Part shown: positions 28,109-36,855 of the stretch, in pieces
Layout: each line of letters opens with the position of its first letter
How positions within the stretch are numbered: position 1 is the stretch's first letter
NCBI GenBank assembly: GCA_026991575.1
Contig: JALXBF010000136.1
Location: forward strand, 1-45,905
From: Planctomycetota bacterium
Lineage (GTDB): Bacteria > Planctomycetota > Planctomycetia > JALXBF01
Length of the DNA stretch: 45,905 nt
Direction of reading: 5' to 3'
Notes under the pieces: model-generated
Told to the model about the DNA's origin: nothing
Databases searched by the model: none
The model's input: only the letters and a program-made list of their open reading frames with translations
Translations under genes and position numbers: made by a program

Positions 28109-29848
28109 ATGCCAACGCACCCCGCTAGCCAAATCGCACCGGACCGTTCCGCCGGCGGCAGCGAGCGGCTGCCGCTGGGTGAGCGACTGCTACGCGCCGG
28201 GCTCATCAACGACGAACAACTCCGCACCGCGCTCCGCAAGCAAGCCTCCCTGGGCGGCCGACTCGGCGAAGTGCTCGTGCAGCTCGGCTTCGTGCCCGAG
28301 GACGCGCTGCTGCCGTACATCGAGGAGCAACTCCGGGTGCCGGTGGTCAAGCTGCGCGAAGGCCTGATCGACCCGGCCGTCGTGCGGTTGATCCCCCGGG
28401 TCAAGGCGGAACAGATCCATGCTCTGGCGTTGTTCAAGGTTCGCGGCGTGCTCAGCGTGGCCATGGCTGAGCCGCAGAACCTGCAGCAGATCGACGACCT
28501 GGAGCGACTCACCGGCCTCCGTGTCCGCCCCGTGTTCGCCTTCCGATGGGCAATCGACCGGATGCTGCAGCGGGTCTACGAGGAGGACTTCGCCGTCGAG
28601 GCGGTCACGGCCGACTTTGACGAGTCAGCCATCGAAGTCCAGAGCGAATCGCTCGATTTCGACCTGAGCAGCATCATCAGCCAGGCAGACGAAAGCCCGA
28701 TCGTCAACCTCGTCAACTTCCTGATCATCAGTGCCGTGCGCCAAAAGGCCAGCGACATCCATATCGAGCCGTCACGCAATCACTCAACGGTCCGCTTCCG
28801 CGTCGACGGTCTGCTCAGAGAAGTGCTTCGGCCCCGCCGCGACGTCCACCCGGCACTGGTCTCGCGCATCAAGGTCATGGCCAAAATGGACATCGCCGAA
28901 CACCGCGTGCCGCAAGACGGCCGCGTCCATGTTGTGGTTGACGGCCGCCCGATCGACCTGCGCGTTTCGACCCTGCCCACGGTCATGGGTGAGAAGGTGG
29001 TCATCCGGATCCTGGACCGCCAGCGGCTCACCTTCGACCTGGAACAACTCGGCTTCTCCGAAGAACAGCTCGAAACTGTCAAAGAGATGCTAGCTGCCCC
29101 CTACGGGCTGATCCTCGTCACCGGGCCAACCGGCAGCGGCAAGACCACGACGCTCTACAGCGCGGTCGAGCTGATCAAGTCCGTGCACCGCAACATCGTC
29201 ACCGTAGAGGACCCGGTGGAATACCAGCTGGAGCTGGTCAATCAGGTGCAGGTCAACGAGGTAGCCGGCTTGACGTTCGTCAGCGCCCTACGTGCCATCT
29301 TGCGCCAGGACCCGGACGTGATCATGGTCGGTGAGATCCGGGACGCGGCGACCGCCCAGGTGGCCGTGCAGGCTGCGTTGACCGGTCACCTGGTGCTGAG
29401 CACGCTTCACACGAACGACAGCGCCTCGGCCGTGACCCGTCTGGTGGACATGGGAGTCGAGCCGTTCAAGCTAGCTGCGTCGCTGGTGGGCGTCATCGCT
29501 CAACGACTCATCCGCACGATCTGTCCGTCCTGCAAGGCGCTTTACTACCCGCCCCAGCGGATGCTGGCTCGGATTGCGTATCAGGGCGACGAGCAACGGC
29601 CTTTCTGGCGTGGCCTGGGCTGTGAGGCCTGTCACGACACCGGCTTCCAGGGCCGCACAGCAATCTATGAGATCCTGCGCGTGGATGAGCAGTTGAGACG
29701 GGTGATTGCCCAGGGGGCAGACGTAGCCGAGTTGCGCCGGTTGCACCGCCAGCGCGGAGGCCGGCCGCTGTTTGACCAGGCGTTGCAGATGGCAGAGGCA
29801 GGCAGGACAAGTCTGGAGGAGGCGGTTCGCGTGGCGTACGTGGAGTAA
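28109..29848 (+). CDS. Type IV pilus / T2SS assembly ATPase (PilB/GspE) with an N-terminal MshEN domain
   Basis: ASDIHIEP, RFRVDG, Walker A GPTGSGKTTT, TVEDPVE, Walker B LRQDPDVIMVGEIRD, TGHLVLSTLHTN, CxxC/CxxC zinc motif. Tandem MshEN repeats at the N-terminus. Confidence 0.95.
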   Translation: MPTHPASQIAPDRSAGGSERLPLGERLLRAGLINDEQLRTALRKQASLGGRLGEVLVQLGFVPEDALLPYIEEQLRVPVVKLREGLIDPAVVRLIPRVKAEQIHALALFKVRGVLSVAMAEPQNLQQIDDLERLTGLRVRPVFAFRWAIDRMLQRVYEEDFAVEAVTADFDESAIEVQSESLDFDLSSIISQADESPIVNLVNFLIISAVRQKASDIHIEPSRNHSTVRFRVDGLLREVLRPRRDVHPALVSRIKVMAKMDIAEHRVPQDGRVHVVVDGRPIDLRVSTLPTVMGEKVVIRILDRQRLTFDLEQLGFSEEQLETVKEMLAAPYGLILVTGPTGSGKTTTLYSAVELIKSVHRNIVTVEDPVEYQLELVNQVQVNEVAGLTFVSALRAILRQDPDVIMVGEIRDAATAQVAVQAALTGHLVLSTLHTNDSASAVTRLVDMGVEPFKLAASLVGVIAQRLIRTICPSCKALYYPPQRMLARIAYQGDEQRPFWRGLGCEACHDTGFQGRTAIYEILRVDEQLRRVIAQGADVAELRRLHRQRGGRPLFDQALQMAEAGRTSLEEAVRVAYVE

Positions 29849-29863
29849 GGTGCAATCACGACG

Positions 29864-30982
29864 ATGAGCACCGCAATTGCCGGGGAACAAGCCGGCCGTT
29901 GCACGGCACAAGCTGCACCAGGGGCCGGCGCGGGCTTGGCTGCCTGGCGCTGCCGCAGCGCGCTGCCGGCAATCGTGCGTCAGCTCGCGATCATGATCCG
30001 CGCCGGGCTGGACCTCAGCACCGCCCTGGAGACACTGAGCCGCGGGGCAAGCCGGCCCGAAGTTCGGCAGCTCGTGCAGAGCTTGCATGAGCAGGTCGAA
30101 CGGGGCGTTTCGTTTGCCCGCGCCCTGGAAGAGCGGCGGGACATCTTCCCGCCTGTGCTCATCGCCAGCGTCGCCGCCGCAGAAGCTTCCGGCACCCTGG
30201 CACCCGCACTGGAGCGGGCCGCAACGGCACTGGAAGAAGAACGCCGCCTGCGTCGATCCGTTCTCGGTATGCTTGCCTACCCGATCGCACTGGTGGTCCT
30301 CTCGATCCTCGTGCTCACCGCGCTGTTGATCTTCGTGCTGCCGCGGTTCGAAGACATCTTCGACAGCGCCGGCGTACCGCTGCCATGGACCACCGCTTTC
30401 CTGCTGGCCTGCTCCAACGCCTTGACCGCCCACCCGCTCATGGTCCTCGGTGCCGCGGCCATCGCCGGCCTGGCCGGCTACTTTCTGGTCAGCTCGCCCG
30501 GGGGGCGCCGGTGGCTAAGGCAGCGGCTGCTCTACAGCCCCGCTCTGGGTGAAGTGCTCCGCAACATCGAGCTTGGGCGACTGCTGCATGGCATCGGCAC
30601 CATGCTCGATTGCGGCGTCCCGCTCCTGGAGGCACTGGACCTGGCTGGCCGGACAACGAGTTACGAAGATTTCCGCGAGCTAACCGGTCGCCTCCGTGAG
30701 TCGGCACTGAAAGGTCAAGGACTGGCGCAGCCGCTGCGCACCAGCCCGCTTGTGCCGCTGGAAGTGGCCGAGATGGCGGCTACGGCCGAACGCACTGGAT
30801 CCCTTGCCTGGGTCTTGCAATTCGTCGGCAAGCAATACCAGGAAGCGGCCGAGGCGCGACTAAAAGTGCTCGTGCGCCTGGCCGAGCCGGTGCTGATCCT
30901 CTGTCTGGGGGGACTGGTGGCAATCATCGTCGCCAGCGTCATGCTGCCCCTGTTCGATCTGTCGCAGGTCGCAGCTGGCTGA
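29864..30982 (+). CDS. Inner membrane platform protein (PilC/GspF)
   Basis: RQLAIMIRAGL.L..AL, G.SFA.AL, AEASGTL, YP...LPRF...LP..T, GVPLLEAL, ERTGSL, EP.LI. Confidence 0.93.
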   Translation: MSTAIAGEQAGRCTAQAAPGAGAGLAAWRCRSALPAIVRQLAIMIRAGLDLSTALETLSRGASRPEVRQLVQSLHEQVERGVSFARALEERRDIFPPVLIASVAAAEASGTLAPALERAATALEEERRLRRSVLGMLAYPIALVVLSILVLTALLIFVLPRFEDIFDSAGVPLPWTTAFLLACSNALTAHPLMVLGAAAIAGLAGYFLVSSPGGRRWLRQRLLYSPALGEVLRNIELGRLLHGIGTMLDCGVPLLEALDLAGRTTSYEDFRELTGRLRESALKGQGLAQPLRTSPLVPLEVAEMAATAERTGSLAWVLQFVGKQYQEAAEARLKVLVRLAEPVLILCLGGLVAIIVASVMLPLFDLSQVAAG

Positions 30983-31006
30983 ACCGCATTGGAGGCACTT
31001 GTAGCG

Positions 31007-31273
31007 ATGGAGCGCAGTCGATCAAACAGCTGGCTTGTGCCGCTGGGCATCGGCCTCCTGTTGGGCTACGCCCTGGCCTGCGGTAGGGCTGGCGGATGGC
31101 AACCTGAGCAAACCGCGCAGGCCCAGAGCCGCAAGCCTCTGTTCCGCGGCCAGAGCGCCGTACTCCTGGAGCGAATCGCTCAATCCGTCGATCAGATCGC
31201 ACGCAGCGTGCAGCACATCGAACGCCAGCTCCGCGGCAAGGACGCACGACAGCAACACGGCAGCAAACGATGA
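31007..31273 (+). CDS. Small membrane-anchored coiled-coil protein within the pilus operon
   Basis: N-terminal hydrophobic helix, then the heptad-like LERIAQSVDQIARSVQHIERQL. Its stop overlaps the pilM-like start (ATGA). Confidence 0.65.
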   Translation: MERSRSNSWLVPLGIGLLLGYALACGRAGGWQPEQTAQAQSRKPLFRGQSAVLLERIAQSVDQIARSVQHIERQLRGKDARQQHGSKR

Positions 31274-32307
31274 TCTCCTGGCGCAAGCCCAACATGGTCG
31301 GCATTGATCTGGGCTCATCCCGCGTCAAGCTCGCCCGGCTGGACCGGCACCGTGCCGATATCGGGGCGCGGGTCGGCATGGCCCCGGTAGACCTTCAGCC
31401 GGAACCGTCGCCGGAGGTCTGGCTGGACCTGGTCCAAGGCGCCGTGCAACTTGCCGCCGAGCGTGCCGGCACGGAGCTACATGGGCAGCGGGTGGCGTTC
31501 CTGCTGCCGCCCCAGTGGACCGAAGTCCGATCACTGCCCGCAGTAAACCTGACCAAAGAGACGGCACCCGCCGAGGTGGCGGCGTACGTCGAACGGGAGC
31601 TGGGCAGCGACCTGGCCGGGTGTGTCTGGGATTACTGGTTCGCCGAAAAGGATGGCGAGCCCATCGAGCTGTTGGTGGTGTTTGCCCGCATGGCCTACGC
31701 CGATCGGATTGCTCGCCTGGCGCTGCGGCTCCGCTGTGAGCTGGCCACCGTGGATGCCCTGCCCTGGGCACACTACCGCCTGTTCCGGCTCGCCATGCCG
31801 CAGTGTCCGGAAGGGGGTGTCGTGCTGGAATGGGGATTGACCCAGGCGTGGTTCACGCTGGTCGGCCGCCACGCACCGTTGTACTGCCGCCGGCTGCCCC
31901 GCGTCCGTTTCGTTGATGTCGTGGATCGCCTGAGCGAAGCGCTTGGCATAAGCCCGGACGTCGTGCTCGCTGCGCTCCGCGAAGAGGAGCAGGGCGGACC
32001 GCAGGCAAAGCTGTGGCACGAACTGTTGGATGAGACAAGCCACGCGGTCGTGCACCGCTTCAGCGAAGAAGTCCAGCGGACGCTTGAGTTCGCGCGGAGT
32101 CGTTACGGGTCCGGATCGACCGACATCATCCTTGCGACCGGAGGAGTGTTCGCACTGGCACCGGTGCGTGAGCGTGTGACTGCACTGCTTGGTCAAGCCG
32201 TGCACGGCCCCCGCTGCAGTAGCTGGCAGCGCTGGCCGTTGTTTCCACTGTACGGTACGGCTTGTGCGCTGGCCGCACTGGACGTAGCCGATGCGACAGT
32301 ACTGTAA
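31270..32307 (+). CDS. PilM-like actin-fold alignment protein
   Basis: VGIDLGSSRVKLA, EVQRTLEF, ILATGG, and position before pilN/pilO. Confidence 0.8.
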   Translation: MISWRKPNMVGIDLGSSRVKLARLDRHRADIGARVGMAPVDLQPEPSPEVWLDLVQGAVQLAAERAGTELHGQRVAFLLPPQWTEVRSLPAVNLTKETAPAEVAAYVERELGSDLAGCVWDYWFAEKDGEPIELLVVFARMAYADRIARLALRLRCELATVDALPWAHYRLFRLAMPQCPEGGVVLEWGLTQAWFTLVGRHAPLYCRRLPRVRFVDVVDRLSEALGISPDVVLAALREEEQGGPQAKLWHELLDETSHAVVHRFSEEVQRTLEFARSRYGSGSTDIILATGGVFALAPVRERVTALLGQAVHGPRCSSWQRWPLFPLYGTACALAALDVADATVL

Positions 32308-32869
32308 CTTGACCACAAGCCGGGGCTACTGGATCGCGCGCGGCAGCCGTCTGCTCTGGCGCGGCCTGCCACCGGCAGCGGTCGTGCTGGCTACCACGCT
32401 GCTGATCCTCGGCCTGCAGGCCTGGGAACTACGCCGGCTGGCAACCCAACGCGACAGTTGGCAACAACAGGCTGACCAGGTCGCCCGGCTCAGAGAGAAA
32501 GTCAGCCGGTTGCACAGGGAGCGCGAAGAACTCCAGCAAAAGGTACAGGCGGTTGGCAGCGTCAGTCGGGGACTACCGCCCGCCTGGCTCCTGGCCCTGC
32601 TCGGCGAGGCGGTCGATGCTGCCCACCGGAACGTGCTCGTTCGTGAAGTGCAGTTCACCGAGGGGCCCGACGGGCCGAGCTTCTACGCCATCAACGTACG
32701 GGGATGGGCTCGGGGCCATGCCGACGTGGCCAGCTTCGTGGCACGGCTGCGGCTGGACCCGGCAACTCGGCACATCGAGATCGAAAGAGTCGCCGCCCGT
32801 CCGGATGAACAGCTCGTTGAGTTCACGGTCTCGTTTGCTGTGGGCAAGCAGAGGCGGGAGGAGAGGTGA
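32291..32869 (+). CDS. PilN-like protein
   Basis: NL motif near the N-terminus, TM helix, coiled coil, then INVRGWA....VASFVARL...VEFTV ferredoxin-like domain. Confidence 0.78.
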   Translation: MRQYCNLTTSRGYWIARGSRLLWRGLPPAAVVLATTLLILGLQAWELRRLATQRDSWQQQADQVARLREKVSRLHREREELQQKVQAVGSVSRGLPPAWLLALLGEAVDAAHRNVLVREVQFTEGPDGPSFYAINVRGWARGHADVASFVARLRLDPATRHIEIERVAARPDEQLVEFTVSFAVGKQRREER

Positions 32870-33465
32870 TGAGCGAGTGCGGCACGATCAACGAGGCGCG
32901 GTGGCAAGCGGTGCAGAAATGGCTGCGCACCGCCCTGGTGGGATCTGTCGTGCTCACGGCCGTGGCCGGATACGTGGCCAGCCGCTGGCTGGAGGGGATC
33001 GCCAGGAGCTGGCAACGCGAGCTGCGCGAAGCACAGCGGAAAGCCCTGGCCAAGCAACAGGTGCTGGCCGCCTTGGAGCGGGCTCAGCAACAACTCCGCC
33101 GCGCTCACGAGCGATGGCGCGCGATACGGCGGCAGGTGCCCGAACGAGCCGACAGGCCTGGTTTCTTCCAACAACTGGTCTCGCTGGCCGACCGCTGCGG
33201 CCTTGCACTGGCAAACCTGGCTCCGGCCGGCGAAAGGAAGCGCGATCGCTATGCCGAGTTCTACCTGAAGGGAGACGCGACCGGCGACTACCGGGCCGTA
33301 GCACAGTTCCTGTGGCACTTCAGCCGGCTGGAGCGTGCGGCCCGCATGACACAACTGACCTTGCGCCGCGAAGGTGAGCTCTATCACATCACCTTCACGG
33401 TCGCCGTGCCCTACGGACTGGCACGCGCCGAGCAGACGCAGCAACACTTGAAACCGGGCACGTGA
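32866..33465 (+). CDS. PilO/GspM-like protein
   Basis: TM helix, coiled coil, VP...LA..CGL, GDYRAVAQFL..FSRLER. Follows pilN. Confidence 0.8.
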   Translation: MMSECGTINEARWQAVQKWLRTALVGSVVLTAVAGYVASRWLEGIARSWQRELREAQRKALAKQQVLAALERAQQQLRRAHERWRAIRRQVPERADRPGFFQQLVSLADRCGLALANLAPAGERKRDRYAEFYLKGDATGDYRAVAQFLWHFSRLERAARMTQLTLRREGELYHITFTVAVPYGLARAEQTQQHLKPGT

Positions 33466-33474
33466 GGAGAAGCC

Positions 33475-34020
33475 ATGGCCATTTCGGAACGCACGAAGTG
33501 GCTGATTGTCGGTGTGCTTGCGGTCATCTTAATCGGAGTGGTCTGGTACCAGGTCAACCGGGCCGATGAGCCACCGGCGGCGCTGTTGACCCCGCGGCAG
33601 GCGGTGGTCCGCAAGGCTCGCGTGCGGTCGGCCGAGCCTATACCAGCGGTGTCGATCGAACCGCCTGAATCGCTCGCTCCCCTCCTTGCGCGCAACCCGT
33701 TCGACAACCCGAAACTCGTGGCCAGCACCGCGCAGGATGAGCCGCAGGCGGAGCCAGAGCCAGTCGACCCGATCAACCTGGTTCCCGAATGGCTAAGGAC
33801 CGGAAGAATCGAAGCTGTGATCAACCGCAACGACGAGCGGATCGCCATCATCGCGGGTCGCACCGTGCGTGAAGGCCAACAGATCGGCGGCGTCGAAGTA
33901 GTACGGATTACCGAACGGGAGATTGTGCTGCGGCCGATCGAAACCCCCGCAGCATCGCCGGCCCAGTCCGGCAACGAGCCGGGCAAAGCTAGCGGACGGG
34001 ACAACGCCCATGAGAACTAG
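33475..34020 (+). CDS. PilP/GspC/MshK-like accessory protein
   Basis: RBS GAGGAG, N-terminal TM, RNPF motif, AIIAGRTVREGQQIGGVEVVRITEREIVL. Immediately before the secretin. Confidence 0.7.
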   Translation: MAISERTKWLIVGVLAVILIGVVWYQVNRADEPPAALLTPRQAVVRKARVRSAEPIPAVSIEPPESLAPLLARNPFDNPKLVASTAQDEPQAEPEPVDPINLVPEWLRTGRIEAVINRNDERIAIIAGRTVREGQQIGGVEVVRITEREIVLRPIETPAASPAQSGNEPGKASGRDNAHEN

Positions 34021-35518
34021 CGTCTTTGCCAGTTCACGACCGCATATCGTCCTGATCGTCCTGATCGGCGCGTTCGCGGTAACGTCTGCGTGCTGCTGTG
34101 GCGTGCGCGCCGCACGGGCGCAGGCCCCCGATGCTGACGGTCGTCTGGCGCTCGAGCTCAACGAAGACGGTACCTTCACGCTCCCGCTGCGGACTCAGCA
34201 GCAGGACGTCCAGGTGGACACCGCTTCAGGCACCGTGTCGGTGCGGGCTGAGGGAGTGGCAGCGGGGCGGGTCGTACAGCTGATCGCGGAAGCCGCGGAC
34301 CTGAATGTGGTCGTGGTTGGCGACCTGAGCGAACCGGTGACCCTGCACCTGAAGGACGCACCGGTCGATCGCGCCCTGAACGCAGTCCTTGAGCTCACCG
34401 GCCACGTCGCCCTGCGTGAAGGCAATCTCATCAAGATCGTGCCCGTGACAGCAGCCAACAACCAAGCGCTGCCTGGCACGGTGGTCCGCGTTTTCCGTCT
34501 GCGCTACGTGCGCGCCAGCAGCATTCGCGCCGGACTGGACGCCCTAAAATCGCCCCGCGGGATCATCCAGGTTCTCGAAACCCCCGCCGTGCCAAGCGTT
34601 GATCAACCGGTCTCCGACGTACTGCTGCCGCGCGACACCATCGTCGTCTCGGACCTGCCCGAATACGTGGCACGTATTGCCGCCTACATCCGCCAGGTGG
34701 ACGTGCCGCCGGAGCAGGTGATGCTGGAAACCCGCATCCTGGAGGTCAAACTCGCCCGTGGCATCCGTACCGGCTTTCAGTTCCTAGGTGAGTTCGAACC
34801 AGGCAGCAAGGTGGTCACATTCCGCTTGAACGGGTTTGCTTCGTCGAATCCAACGGAAGGTTTCGCGTTCACGATAGAAGGTAGTGAGCTGAACACGATT
34901 CTGGACATGCTCGAGACCACTGCGGATGCGAAGACGCTGGCCGCGCCGCGACTGATGGTGACCCACGGCCAACAGGCGCGCATTCAGATCGGCCGCAGCA
35001 TCAGCTACCGGGTTACAACGGTCACGGAAGTCGCACAGCTCGAGGACGTTCGCTTTCTGGACACGGGCATCGTGCTGCGGCTGATCCCATACATCGACCG
35101 TGACGGCCGCATCCTGATGCGTCTGCGTCCGGAAGTGTCCCAAGCCGAAATCAACGAGGACACGAAGCTGCCAGACAAGACGACGACTGAAGTAGAGACG
35201 ACCGTGCTGGTGCACGACGGCGAAGGCCTGGTGATCGGCGGACTGATCCAGGAAAAGGACGTGGACAATCGGAGCAAGTTGCGGAAACTGGCAGATCTAC
35301 GATGGATCGGACATCTATTCCGGCGAACGGAAGTCGACCGCGAACGGCGGGAGATTATCATCGCGCTGGTGCCATACCTGTACCCGGGTGACGAGTCCCG
35401 TCAGGCGGAGAACCAGGCCCAGGTCGAGCGTGTAAGCTATCCTCTGTTAGAAGAGGACCTCAGGCCAACGCCACGTCCCTGGGAGCCACGGCTCCATCAG
35501 CCTGAGGCGCCGAAGTAG
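34010..35518 (+). CDS. Outer membrane secretin (PilQ/GspD family)
   Basis: Signal peptide, N0 (VTLHLKDAP...AL), N3 (VFRLRY...I..VDVP), QVMLETRILEV, LAAPRL, GIVLRLIP, TTVLVHDGE.LVIGGLI, IGHLFR...REIII...P. ATG at 34010. Confidence 0.93.
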   Translation: MRTSVFASSRPHIVLIVLIGAFAVTSACCCGVRAARAQAPDADGRLALELNEDGTFTLPLRTQQQDVQVDTASGTVSVRAEGVAAGRVVQLIAEAADLNVVVVGDLSEPVTLHLKDAPVDRALNAVLELTGHVALREGNLIKIVPVTAANNQALPGTVVRVFRLRYVRASSIRAGLDALKSPRGIIQVLETPAVPSVDQPVSDVLLPRDTIVVSDLPEYVARIAAYIRQVDVPPEQVMLETRILEVKLARGIRTGFQFLGEFEPGSKVVTFRLNGFASSNPTEGFAFTIEGSELNTILDMLETTADAKTLAAPRLMVTHGQQARIQIGRSISYRVTTVTEVAQLEDVRFLDTGIVLRLIPYIDRDGRILMRLRPEVSQAEINEDTKLPDKTTTEVETTVLVHDGEGLVIGGLIQEKDVDNRSKLRKLADLRWIGHLFRRTEVDRERREIIIALVPYLYPGDESRQAENQAQVERVSYPLLEEDLRPTPRPWEPRLHQPEAPK

Positions 35519-35555
35519 GCAGGTCTGTCAAGTCAGGCTTTCGCGGGGCAGAGCT

Positions 35556-35774
35556 ATGACACAGTCGGGCAATCCCCTTCAAGTGCCGCCTGAACTGCTG
35601 CCGCTTATCGAGAAACGCTCCGGTAAGGACCGTCGCTCCGGCCGCGACCGCCGTAGACTAAGTCGAGTGGACCGGATCGAGTCGGCCATCAAGGCGCTGA
35701 ACGGAGTGCTGCACGACCGTCGTTCCGGCGTCGATCGCCGCTCAGGTAAGGACCGACGCAAGCAGAACAGCTAG
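35556..35774 (+). CDS. 72-aa arginine-rich microprotein with tandem (D/E)(R/K)RSGxDRR repeats
   Basis: The ORF fills the gap between the secretin and tatD exactly (37 and 35 bp spacers). The repeats vary at synonymous positions, consistent with coding. Confidence 0.75.
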   Translation: MTQSGNPLQVPPELLPLIEKRSGKDRRSGRDRRRLSRVDRIESAIKALNGVLHDRRSGVDRRSGKDRRKQNS

Positions 35775-35809
35775 GTGGTCGCGCAGCGTGCAGGAGCTTC
35801 CCAGCAACG

Positions 35810-36598
35810 ATGAACCAACCTCTGTGGGACACGCACGCCCACCTTGTGGACGATACGTACGAGTCGGACCTGGAGGAGGTGCTCGAACGGGCACGCGACC
35901 AGGGCGTCCGCAACATTGTCGTCATCGGCTATACGGCCACCACGAGCCGCCGGGCGGTTGACCTGGCCCATCGCTACAGCCTCTGGGCCGCTGTCGGTCT
36001 GCACCCGAACTACTTGGGCAACGTCACCGGAGCCGATTGGGATGAGATCGTGCGGTTGCTGGAGGACCAGCCCAAGGTTGTGGCGATCGGCGAGACCGGG
36101 CTGGACGGTTATCGTGACCTGGTACCGCTGGAGGTACAGAAGGAGTGGTTCGCGCGGCACCTGCAGCTGGCAGCGTTGCTGCACAAGCCGGTCGTGATCC
36201 ACTGCCGTAATGCCGGCTCGGCACTGCTGGATGTTCTGCATTCGGTCCATCCGTTGCCCCAGCTCATCATGCACGCCTTTGGTGAGGACGCCCGGGTGCT
36301 GCGTGAGGTGCTGGAGCTTGGTGCGTACGTCTCGTTTGCCGGGAACATCACCTACCGGAACCGGAAATTCGACGCGTTGCGTGCGCTGGTGCCGCTAGTT
36401 CCCGATCAGCGACTACTCATCGAAACCGACGCGCCGTACCTGGCACCGGAGCCGATGCGAGGCAAGCGTAACGAGCCAGCCTACCTGGTGCACACGCTGC
36501 GGCGCATGGCGGAGCTGCGTGGCACAGACGAGCAGTCGCTGCGTGCGGCGATCGCTCGAAACGCCAGCCGCGTCTTTGGGTTAGATTCCCTCCGCTAG
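35810..36598 (+). CDS. tatD: TatD family metal-dependent DNase
   Basis: DTHAHL, GLHP, AIGETGLD, VIHCRNA, MHAF, IETDAPYLAP.P.RGKRNEP. RBS AGGAG. Confidence 0.93.
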   Translation: MNQPLWDTHAHLVDDTYESDLEEVLERARDQGVRNIVVIGYTATTSRRAVDLAHRYSLWAAVGLHPNYLGNVTGADWDEIVRLLEDQPKVVAIGETGLDGYRDLVPLEVQKEWFARHLQLAALLHKPVVIHCRNAGSALLDVLHSVHPLPQLIMHAFGEDARVLREVLELGAYVSFAGNITYRNRKFDALRALVPLVPDQRLLIETDAPYLAPEPMRGKRNEPAYLVHTLRRMAELRGTDEQSLRAAIARNASRVFGLDSLR

Positions 36599-36711
36599 CT
36601 GCATCCGGCCCTCTTCGGGTCTGGACTACCGACCGTGGTCGGACAACCCAATGAACCGGCGACGGGCGGGCGGCGGGTGGAGGCGAAGAATCTGCAAAAG
36701 CGAGCAAATCC

Positions 36712-36726
36712 TTGTAAAGCGTACAA
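36712..36726. promoter_or_regulatory. Palindromic candidate upstream activator site for a sigma-54 enhancer-binding protein
   Basis: TTGTA-aagcg-TACAA, centred ~135 bp upstream of the predicted sigma-54 start site. Confidence 0.45.
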
Positions 36727-36829
36727 CGGGTGCGGGCTCCTGGGTGGAGGGCGACGTCCAAGCGGCAAGCGATTGTCGCCAAAGGGGTTAACGGAACAAG
36801 CGCTAGGCTCCGGGCGCCGGCAGCAGATC

Positions 36830-36845
36830 TGGCACGCCGTTTGCA
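36830..36845 (+). promoter_or_regulatory. Sigma-54 (RpoN) -24/-12 promoter
   Basis: TGGCACGCCGTTTGCA exactly matches the consensus TGGCACG-N4-TTGCW and lies in an intergenic region. Confidence 0.8.
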
Positions 36846-36855
36846 GGCAGAAACC

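Noticed and set aside
35610..35762. Short DNA repeats as a CRISPR or VNTR array
   Set aside because: They are in-frame 18-bp units with wobble variation encoding DRRSGx, with no spacer structure and no cas genes.
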